From positions 1 to 12,961 of the forward strand of contig NW_021826438.1 in NCBI RefSeq assembly GCF_006345805.1: a stretch of 12,961 nt of DNA, read 5' to 3'. Position numbers and translations under genes: made by a program. Shown here piece after piece: positions 1-8,721 of this stretch. The first letter of the stretch is position 1; each line of letters opens with the position of its first letter. Below the pieces are notes generated by a model that was not told the origin of the DNA, searched no databases, and saw only the letters and a list, made by a program, of their open reading frames with translations. Source of the DNA: Octopus sinensis. Its lineage: Eukaryota.

Positions 1-4
1 TCTT

Positions 5-86
5 TTTCTCCTTCTTCTTCTTCTTCTTCTTCTTCTTCTTCTTCTTCTTCTTCTTCTTCTTCTTTTTATTATTATTATTATTATTA

Positions 87-119
<33 letters not shown>
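5..119. repeat. (TTC)n then (TTA)n trinucleotide microsatellites
   Basis: Read directly from the sequence. Confidence 0.97.
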
Positions 120-120
<1 letters not shown>

Positions 121-159
121 ATAGACGTCGCACAGTATACAATATCGTGAGGTTGTTGA

Positions 160-343
160 TTTTAACAAATTTACATCAATAATGCAAACCAAAATATTTA
201 CAAGGTTTCCTTTTCTTATAACTGTGGAAGTATGAGTTTCGAAAAATAGTGCATACCTTATTAATTTAGAGAGTAGCAGAGATATAACAAAAGGAAACTA
301 TATAAATATTTCGGTTTCCATTGTTGATGTAAATTTGTTAAAA
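160..343. repeat. Inverted repeat with 61-bp arms and a 62-bp spacer (fold-back or MITE-like)
   Basis: 160-220 matches the reverse complement of 283-343 without gaps at 54/61 by manual alignment. Confidence 0.85.
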
Positions 344-482
344 AATGGTTTATTCTTTATGTTTGAAGTCTATACGGTCATCTGACGAGATCGGATTCAT
401 TCAAATTGATGTAAGGTTTTCATTAATTAATTAAATGGAGCCGCCCGCAATCTGTGTTTCTGATTTATATTCTGTTCTTCAA

Positions 483-512
483 TTAGGTTATCAAGACAGT
501 TCTTACAGTTTT
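483..512. repeat. Right terminal inverted repeat of the mariner
   Basis: TTAGGTTATCAAGACAGTTCTTACAGTTTT resembles mariner TIRs (TTAGGT...GTTTT) and lies about 50 bp past the transposase stop. It is preceded by AA rather than TA, and no partner TIR is present. Confidence 0.7.
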
Positions 513-559
513 TAACCTTTAAATTCAGATGCACATATTTCGGCTCAAACTAAACTTTA

Positions 560-1434
560 TTAATCGAAATAAACACCATCAGAATCAACACATTTTTGCC
601 AACGCCAAACAAGTTTATTTATGCCAGTAGCGTAAAAATTCTGCGTTCTGGTGGCGATGAAGCCGTTGAAGGCATGTTTTGCATCGTCTTGGCTTTTGAA
701 GCATTTCTCACGAAGGACGTTGTCAAGATGCTTGAAAAAAATGGTAGTCGGTAGGCGAGAGGTCTGGGGAGTATGGCGGATGAAGCAGAGTTTTGTAGCC
801 CAATTCGTTCAACTTCTGCAAGGTCAGTTGTGCGACGTGCGGCCGAGCGTTGTCGTGGAGAAGAATTGGTCCTTTTCTATTGTCCAATTCTGGCTGTTGT
901 TGTCAAAATTTCTTATGCATTTCATCCATTTGCTGACAGTACTTCTCCGCCGTAATGGTTTCGCCTGGATCCAAAAAGCTGTGATGGATGAGACCGGCTG
1001 CCGACCACCAAACAGTCACCATGATCTTCTTTTGGTGCAACTTTGGCTTCGGGAAGTGCCTTGGAGTTTCGTCGGCGTCCAACCACTGAGCTGAGCGTCG
1101 CCGTATGTCGTAAAGAATCCACATTTTATAGCATGTCACAATCCGGTCAAGAAACGGGTTGTTCTTGTTGCGTAAAAAGGAGGGAAGACGACTCTTCAAA
1201 ACGGCGTTTTTTTTGGGGTTGTCGTTCAATTCGTGCGGCACACATTTCTATAGTATTTTGGTTATTCTAATCTCTTTCAAGTTGTTGGAAATTGTAGTAT
1301 ACGTTGCGTCTAATTCAGAAGCATGCTCTCGAACAGTTGTGCGTGGATTGGCTTCGACTTCGTTGTCAACAACCGATTACCGACCACTACGCTTATCATC
1401 TCCAAGACTCTCATCACCGCTACGAAATTTCTTA
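560..1434 (-). pseudogene. Mariner transposase pseudogene (N-terminus missing)
   Basis: In-frame stops at 1377-1379, 1248-1250 and 903-905, and a +1 frameshift in the A7 run at 735-741. The first catalytic motif reads TCYKMW instead of TCDEKW. There are 34 residues between the Asp of HDN and the Asp of TDY. The natural stop is at 560-562 after GVYFD. Confidence 0.92.
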
Positions 1435-1524
1435 GTTTTTCTGTTTACTTGTCCTGTTTTCCATTTTTTCTCGTTCTCGTTGTCTACGTATTTCATGTCA
1501 TTTGCAGCGTTGGTGACATCTAGC

Positions 1525-1680
1525 ACATATATATGCATGTATACATACATACATACATACATTCATATATACATACATACATACATACATACATACATAC
1601 ATTCATATATACATACATACATACATACATACATACATACATACATACATACATACATACGTACATACACACCACACACA

Positions 1681-1739
<59 letters not shown>

Positions 1740-1895
1740 CATATATATCTGTCAATATCTCTATCTGTATACACACGCATACACACACACAAGCGTATAC
1801 ACTTGTAGACGTGTGCATGAATATACTGGCATATATGTGTGTACGTGCGTGCGTGCGTGCGTGTTTGTGAATGTGTATGTTTGTGTGTGTGTGTA
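1525..1895. repeat. Compound microsatellite (ATAC)n/(AC)n/(AT)n/(GTGC)n/(GT)n
   Basis: Read directly from the sequence. Confidence 0.95.
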
Positions 1896-2284
1896 TTTTT
1901 CTGCCATGACAGTTATTATTGTTGCGCTAGTTGCTGCTATAAAACCGATTCTCATTAAACTATCGACCCGATTAAATTTCAGTTTGTTACAAAGTCTGTT
2001 GCAATCCAATGATTTACTGTCTTCTCACCTCACATAACAACTTAATACTTCACTTCTCACTTCTTCTTTTTTCGTCTCTTCTTTCTTTCTCCTTTCTTTC
2101 TTCTATTTATTTATTTATTTTGTGTAGTTGCTTGCTTCGGGAAGTATTTCATTATGTCTAGCAACGATTATCTTCTCTTCCTCTCACTTCCGCGTTTTAT
2201 CTCCCTTTATCTCTTCTACTCTCCTTTTATGAGTTCCATCCTTCTCTTTCACTGTATTCATACATGTGTCTATCTCTCTCTGTG

Positions 2285-2535
2285 TCTCTCACCTTTCTCT
2301 GTCTCTCACCTCTCACTTTCCCTTTCTCTGTCTCTCACCTCTCTCTTTCCCTCTCTCTGTCTCTCACCTCTCTCTTTCCCTCTCTCTGTCTCTCACCTCT
2401 CTCTTTCCCTTTCTCTGTCTCTCACCTCTCTCTTTCCCTCTCTCTGTCTCTCACCTCTCTCTTTCCCTTTCTCTGTCTCTCGCCTATCTCTTTCCCTTTC
2501 TCTGTCTCTCACCTTTCTCTTTCCTTTTCTCTCAT
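2285..2535. repeat. 29-bp pyrimidine-rich minisatellite, about 8 copies
   Basis: Unit TCTGTCTCTCACCTCTCTCTTTCCCT(C/T)TC. The marker purine recurs at 2308, 2337, 2366, 2395, 2424, 2453, 2482 and 2511. Confidence 0.93.
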
Positions 2536-3004
2536 TTTTTCCCTCTACCTCTCTCTTTCTGTCTCTCCCCTCACTCTGTCTCTCACCTCTCTCTTCCCTT
2601 TCTCTCATTCTCTTTTTCTTTAAATCTCTCTCTCTCTCTCACACTTTCTCTCTCTCTTTTTGCTTTTCACTCTATATCTGTTGGTGTGACATTCATATAT
2701 TGAAAATCCCTTCGCCTCTCCCTCTCTCCCACTTAACGTTTCTCTCACATTCTTTCTTTTTTCTCTCTCCTCCTCTAGCTTTGTGCTCATAAATTTTTCC
2801 TTCCCATGTCCTCCTCCTCCTCCTCCACATCCTCCTCTTCACTCTCTCTAATTTTCCCTCATCATATTTCTCCTACTCTCACCCGCACTCCCCCTCAGCT
2901 ACCTCGTTCCCGATATCTATCAGTGCTATCCCTCTTCTTTCTACCTATCTATCAATCACTTTCTTCACCCGCGTCTATTTTGTTCCTTCGCCATCTTTAT
3001 GCTT

Positions 3005-3025
3005 CATATATATATACACACACAC

Positions 3026-3066
<41 letters not shown>

Positions 3067-3077
3067 TATATACATAC

Positions 3078-3108
<31 letters not shown>

Positions 3109-3560
3109 CATACATACATAATATTATATATATATATATATGCATGTATATATATATATAGATATATATATGTATAATATTATATGTATATGTATGTACA
3201 TGTATTTTACATATGCATACATACATACATGCATATATATATACACACACACATATATATATATACGTATATACGTATGTATTTACCTATACACACACAT
3301 ATTTACATTCGTAGATACAGACGAATATATTGTATGCACTTTTGTTTGCATGTATATACATGAGACAGTATATAGGCCATTATATAGTTTATACAGGATT
3401 AATTTGATCAAAACACATATAAATGCATATATGTATATCGCATGTGTGTACGCATACATGTAGCTATGTATGTATGTATGCATGCGTATATTATTTGAGC
3501 GTATGTATGCGTGCATGTGTTGTGTGCGTGAGTGTTCGCGAGCGTTTGTGTGTGTGTGTG
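3005..3560. repeat. Compound (AT)n/(ATAC)n/(GT)n microsatellite tract
   Basis: Read directly from the sequence. Confidence 0.9.
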
Positions 3561-3685
3561 TTTCACAAATCCGAGCAAAGACACACAAGTGAACGCATGT
3601 AAACGCTTAAAACTATGAGCATTATGAGCATTAAAGAAATACGTGTGATCGTTTTCCTATTACGATATAACAGTAAAACAGTTAC

Positions 3686-3688
<3 letters not shown>

Positions 3689-3771
<83 letters not shown>

Positions 3772-3977
3772 AATTATTTATTTATGTAGATATGTATACA
3801 TATATTACATATATATATATATGTATATGTGTGTTGTGTGGTGTGTGTATGTATGTAGTATATATGCGTATATATGCGTTTGTGTATGCCATTAACATAA
3901 GTGAGTAGAACAATGATTGGAATGCGTGTACATGCATATAGTATTATACACAATGATATACATGCATACTACTGTAT

Positions 3978-4018
<41 letters not shown>

Positions 4019-4129
4019 GTGTATACACACACACACACACACATATTCAAAGTCTGCACGTGCAAACTAAAACATTCATACACGTACGTAATGATATCTA
4101 TAATATATATATATATATATGTATGTATG

Positions 4130-4189
<60 letters not shown>

Positions 4190-4260
4190 TGTATGATGTA
4201 TTTATGTATGTATGTATGTATACATGCATACATATGTGCGCATGTATACAGATGAGTCTG
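3689..4260. repeat. Pure (AT) run of about 32 units followed by compound (AT)/(AC)/(ATGT) tracts
   Basis: Read directly from the sequence. Confidence 0.92.
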
Positions 4261-4682
4261 TGTATACACATGTGTGGATGTATGCGTGGATGTATGTATA
4301 TCTGTGTAATTCTAAGTTTCTGTGTATGCATTCCTGTTAATTCTGATTGCCTGATATACTTCCTGTTTTGAAATTAAATAAATTTGCTATAATAGAGAAA
4401 AAAAAAGCAAACAAAAACTCTATAATTATTTTTCCTTCAATCGATTATAAAAGACATTTATTTAGATAATAGCAATAAAAATAACTTTCAATCAATTAAA
4501 ATCCAATAATGTTTTAGGAAAAAAACGATAATGAAAATAGCAATAAAATTAAAATTAAACACAAAAACTATCAAACAAACAAACAGATAGAAAAAAAACG
4601 ATAATAATAATTTCTATATACATGTAAAAATTGAAAGATAAAAAAAGAAAAAAGAAGAAAATCTGTATGCTAGTCATGTCAG

Positions 4683-4720
4683 TGACGTAACGAACATGGC
4701 TTCCTAACGTTGCCGGAAGT
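4683..4720. promoter_or_regulatory. Candidate core-promoter motif cluster (CRE/ATF-like, YY1-like, ETS)
   Basis: TGACGTAA at 4683-4690, AACATGGC at 4693-4700 and CCGGAAGT at 4713-4720, all within 38 bp of unique sequence. Motif matches only, no transcript evidence. Confidence 0.45.
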
Positions 4721-5194
4721 AAAAGAGTGGAAGAAAAATCTCATATGTCGTTCATTGCGGTAGAATCACAAGACCTATTTTGATGAACGTTTTCTGAACG
4801 TTTGTATATATATATGTGTGTGGTTCTATATGTGTGTTTATGAATGCGTTTAATTTCTATGTAGAGAAATGTGTATCTGCGCGCCTGAAATTCTTTTTGT
4901 TGATTTTGCGATTTAAAAAAAAGACAAACTTTTATGATTGTTTGTTTATTATATTTTTTATTTATATTATTTTATTACACTAGTTATTTTTGTTGTTGTT
5001 TTGTTGTGTGTTATATATATATTATTTTTTTTTAAATATTATTTTTTTCCCCCTTTTTCTCCTGATGCTTCACTACAACACTATTGACTAAAAGTTTCAT
5101 TTGATCCTGTATTTAATTTCACTGTAAAAACACATTAAAAGTGTAATCAAAATACATTTCGCTAGTCGCCTGAAATAGCGTGAATAAAAACAAA

Positions 5195-5320
5195 AGCAAC
5201 AATAATAATAATAATAACGACGGCGCCAACGACGATGACGATGATCATGACAACGACGACGATAATAATAATACTGATAATGATGATGATGATGATTATG
5301 ATTGATATATTAATAATAAC
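5195..5320. repeat. Degenerate (AAT)/(GAC)/(GAT) triplet tract
   Basis: Read directly from the sequence. Confidence 0.88.
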
Positions 5321-5454
5321 AAGTTTTGTGTCTGGCAACACAGAACCCTCCAAAAATAGATAAAGAACGTCACTGCAGCATAAAACAGAAACTAAATACT
5401 GGAAATGGAAGAATGACAAGTGGTTTCAAGTGTAATCCATGTACGCTTAGATGC

Positions 5455-5980
5455 ACACGCAACACACATACACATACTTACGCTCATACACACTCGTACA
5501 CATACACATATAGAAACAGGCACATAGCCGTACGTGCGCATACGCACGAAGGGACAGCAATGTACATGTACGTACACACATGCACACATGCACATACACA
5601 CATGCACACACATTCAAATACATACACGTTTATACATAGATAAAAGTGCGAGCGCACATATACACGCACACGCTTACGCACACTTAAAACGCATGAACAT
5701 AAAGTTAAGCACGAACGTACGCACATACACACACATACACACACATACACACACACGCACACACACATACAAACACACACGTGTTCACACAAACACACAG
5801 ATACGCCGATACGGAAACACACATGAACAGCAGACATGCACACACGCACTCCAAACACACACATACACACACACTCAAACGCACAGGCAAGCAACATGCA
5901 CACACACACACACAAAAGGCAAATATGCACATACACAACCATACACAAATACAATTACACACACACACACAGCGACATAT
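5455..5980. repeat. Degenerate (AC)n-rich tract
   Basis: Read directly from the sequence. Confidence 0.9.
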
Positions 5981-6174
5981 ATAAATCTGCCAGAGGAATT
6001 CTCCAACGTGACCGCTAAACTTACTAGAAATAGCAGCTAGATATCCTTCTAATTAGTGCCTACTGATTTAAAAAGAAAATATAGTTTAAATGGTTAACGT
6101 ATTTAAATAATATATAAATATATGCAATATATACATATATATATATGTACATCCCTACATATATACGTATATAT

Positions 6175-6356
6175 ACATGCGTATCTGGGTACAGGACATA
6201 AAAAAACGTTGAACACAATGAGAAACAAGAATATAAAAACAAAAACATAGAAAACGAACTTTTTTTCGAACAACGAAAAAACAGAGAAACGAGACATACA
6301 ACATAAAGAATATTCCCCTTCATCAGTTGTCCCTGTCTCATCTACTCCGCGTTTCA
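6175..6356 (-). mobile_element. Unclassified interspersed repeat, copy 1 (possibly a Penelope-like terminus)
   Basis: Homologous to 6675-6848. Both read GAAACG..AGTAGATGA.AC....AC.CTGA(T/A)GAAGGGGA...TGTCCTGTAC on the minus strand. The family assignment is inference. Confidence 0.5.
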
Positions 6357-6558
6357 TGCATTGTGCAGTACATGCACAGTTTGACAAAATTAGGTGTGAA
6401 TGCCACAGTTGGAACACTTGTGATATTATGATATTATCGTACAGAATCCTAGGTGTACAGTTAAACATAAAACCACAACAAAAGAGTCACCATAGTGTTG
6501 TTCTTGTTTGAAATTAATGTCTCTCCTGAAGAATCTCAAAATATTTGCAAAGCGCCTC

Positions 6559-6609
<51 letters not shown>

Positions 6610-6674
6610 AATAAAATAGAACATATGCATATATATAAACATATATGTACGTACCTACCTCTACATGTACATAT

Positions 6675-6848
6675 ACACGCATATATGTGTACAGGACACC
6701 AAAAAGACGTGAACACATAGAGAGACGAAACACATAGACACAAACCAAGGAACAAGACAAGCAAAAAAAAAGAGAGAGATACAGGACAATAAGCACAACG
6801 AAAAATCCCCTTCTTCAGTCGCTAAGGTTTCATCTACTAAACGTTTCG
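6675..6848 (-). mobile_element. Unclassified interspersed repeat, copy 2
   Basis: Same orientation and same conserved blocks as 6175-6356. Confidence 0.5.
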
Positions 6849-6908
6849 ATATATATATATATATATGTATACGCAGATAGATAGATAGATACATAGATAG
6901 ATAGATAG

Positions 6909-6968
<60 letters not shown>

Positions 6969-7152
6969 GGTTGGATGGACGGATGGATGGAGAGAGGGAT
7001 AGATAAATAGAAAGCTAGATAGATGGATAGATATACGGATAGTGAGATGGATAAATGGATGGATGTATGAATGGATGGACGGATGGGCGGCTGGATAGGT
7101 AGATGGATAGATAGATACACAGACAGATATACTGACGGATAGAGAGAGAGAG
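6849..7152. repeat. (AT)n/(GATA)n/(GATG)n microsatellite abutting a LINE 3' end
   Basis: Read directly from the sequence. Confidence 0.95.
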
Positions 7153-7154
7153 AT

Positions 7155-7545
7155 GTTTCTTTATTAGCCACACAGGGGTCAAATTACAAAGTAGAGCTTT
7201 TCTTTTTGGGGAGAAAAAAATGAAAATAAAAATAAAAAAAAATAAAAGCGGGGTAGGTTTTCGATCAAAAGGTATCGTTAAAAAATTACGATCAATTGGG
7301 ATCGTGTATCACATAAACGTCATGATGTAAGGTGTAAAGGGGGAAGCAAATAAAGTTTATCCGTGCAAAGAAAAGCCTACGGAAAAGACCACGGTAAACT
7401 CGGTCAATAATGTCACATGTTAACAAAATTAGTTGCAAGTAAGTAACTCTGTTTTAAATTTTTCTGGGTTCATAGGATTATGCTCAAGGTGACTTCGTCA
7501 TCCATACGTGCCATCCTTGCTACATTCACCCATCTTTTTTTTATG
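7155..7545 (-). mobile_element. 3' end of a non-LTR retrotransposon, probably L1/Tx1 clade
   Basis: A minus frame at 7538-7470 reads KRWVNVARMARMDDEVTLSIIL*, which resembles L1/Tx1-type ORF2 C-termini as I recall them. It is followed by a T-rich 3' UTR of about 310 bp, AATAAA at 7165-7160 and a microsatellite tail. The clade call is tentative. Confidence 0.55.
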
Positions 7546-7566
7546 ACCATGCAATCCCATGGTCAT

Positions 7567-7611
<45 letters not shown>

Positions 7612-7620
7612 CACACACAT
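7567..7620. repeat. (CA)n microsatellite
   Basis: Read directly from the sequence. Confidence 0.97.
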
Positions 7621-7809
7621 ATACACCAACCCGTCTGAAGTATAGTATGGCTGAACATAGGTTCTGAGGGAGAGAACACAAATCCTTAATCCATACACAA
7701 GAAATGATCATGATATCTGTAAGACCTTAAAATTTAAGGATGATGGCTTAGTACAAAATGATTTCTTTCACAACCTCGCTAAAAAATAGGTCTTCTTCTT
7801 CTTAATCCT

Positions 7810-8291
7810 TTTTGCCCCTTCTTGAGCATAGGGCCTCAACAGTTGTTTTCCACTTTTTGCGGTCATTGGCGTTTTTCTTGGCTGCTTCCCATGTCAGGCC
7901 GGTAGTCCTGAGCTCGTCCAAAATGCTCCGCTTGCTCTGCTTGCTTCCATGTCTGCTTCGGGCGTCCTTGCTTCCTTTTCCCCTGCGGGTTCCTGTTAAA
8001 TGCTTGTCGTGTCACATTTGAGGGTTCTTTCCGCAGTGTGTGTCCGATCCATCTCCATTTCCTTTGTCTAATATGAACATGTATGGGCTCCTGGTTGGCC
8101 CTTTCCCACAGGCAGGTATTTGGCACCCTGTCGAACCACTTCAGATGGAGGATCTGCTGGGATCATTTGTTGATGAAGGTCTGGATCTTCTTGTAGTTGT
8201 TGCAGGTGGCCCTCCATGTTCCAGAGCCATACAAAAGCACAGATTTTACGTTTGAACTAAATAAGCGGAGTTTAGTTCGAGTTGAGATGGC
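7810..8291 (-). pseudogene. RTE ORF2 C-terminal remnant
   Basis: AISTRTKLRLFSSNVKSVLLYGSGTW...IQTFINK*...IRQRKWRWIGHTLRK...NPQGKRKQGRPKQTW, then after a frameshift DELRTTGLTWEAAKKNANDRKKWKTTVEALCSRRG. These are typical RTE motifs. Confidence 0.92.
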
Positions 8292-8292
8292 A

Positions 8293-8654
8293 CCTGTGGA
8301 GGACGTTAGTAAGTTGGCAGAAACGTTAGCACGCTGGGCGAAATGCTTAGCAGTATTTCGTCTGCCGTTATGTTCTGAGTTCAAATTCCGCCGGGGTCGA
8401 CTTTGCCTTTCATCCTTTCGGGGTCGATTAAATAAGTACCAGTTACGCACTGGGGTCGATATAATCGACTTAATCCGTTTGTTTGTCCTTGTTTGTCCTC
8501 TCTGTATTCAGCCACTTGTGGGTAGTAAAGAAATAAGTCTTTCTATCTTGGCAGCAAGATCAGCAAATCAGGTGGATCAGACGAGGACGTCACGGCAAGA
8601 AGCAAGAAGGCTTGGCAAGCCTTCGTTATTCTTCGGCCACTATGGAGGTCCACC
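8293..8654 (+). pseudogene. Inverted RTE ORF2 segment interrupted by a SINE
   Basis: Joining 8293-8314 to 8539-8654 gives one open frame, PVEDVSKSFYLGSKISKSGGSDEDVTARSKKAWQAFVILRPLWRST, which is the RTE YLGS region that precedes AISTRTKL. Confidence 0.88.
8315..8533 (+). mobile_element. tRNA-derived SINE (octopus-type) with TSD TAAGT
   Basis: A-box-like TGGCAGAAACG at 8315-8325, B-box GTTCAAATTC at 8379-8388, repeated GGGGTCGA blocks, and TAAGT flanks at 8310-8314 and 8534-8538. Confidence 0.88.
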
Positions 8655-8721
8655 AAATAGGTGGCCTGTCAAAATTTAATTTAAATTAAAAAGGAAAAGA
8701 AAACATACGTATATACATACA

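Larger units (their letters stand above)
483..1435 (-). mobile_element. 5'-truncated, decayed mariner (Tc1/mariner, DD34D) DNA transposon
   Basis: Minus-strand transposase motifs KKFRSGDESL, VPHEL, FLDRIVTC, HDNARPH, HPPYSPDLSPTDYH and RWQKCV. A mariner-type terminal repeat (TTAGGTTATCAAGACAGTT...) begins at 483. The 5' boundary is approximate. Confidence 0.93.
7792..8654 (-). mobile_element. RTE-clade LINE insertion, 5'-truncated and 5'-inverted, with an 8-bp TSD
   Basis: (AAG)n tail at 7792-7803. TSD AAATAGGT at 7784-7791 and 8655-8662. The ORF2 remnant lies on the minus strand (about 7810-8291) and the immediately upstream ORF2 segment lies on the plus strand (8293-8654). Confidence 0.9.

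Noticed and set aside
651-1094. 147-aa plus-strand ORF
   Set aside because: It is the antisense shadow of the mariner transposase.
1159-2037. 292-aa ORF and similar long ORFs (2154-2792, 3901-4371, 5534-6040, 11537-12289, 11670-12392)
   Set aside because: The translations are YIHT, HT, CV or LS repeats. Microsatellites lack stop codons, so these ORFs are artefacts.
2285-2535. 29-bp repeats as a CRISPR array
   Set aside because: The units are head-to-tail with no unique spacers, and the context is eukaryotic with no cas genes.
3682-3689. Strong minus-strand donor CAG|GTAAC
   Set aside because: The would-be exon upstream is a pure (AT)n run.
6025-6062. Possible minus-strand micro-exon (TTTTTAAATCAG...TA|GTAAGT)
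   Set aside because: With the first acceptor all three frames contain a stop. The alternative TAG acceptor gives only 35 nt with no recognisable peptide, so it is unsupported without RNA data.
8197-8679. 160-aa plus-strand ORF
   Set aside because: It runs through antisense RTE, a SINE and an off-frame part of the inverted RTE arm, so it is a chance chimera.
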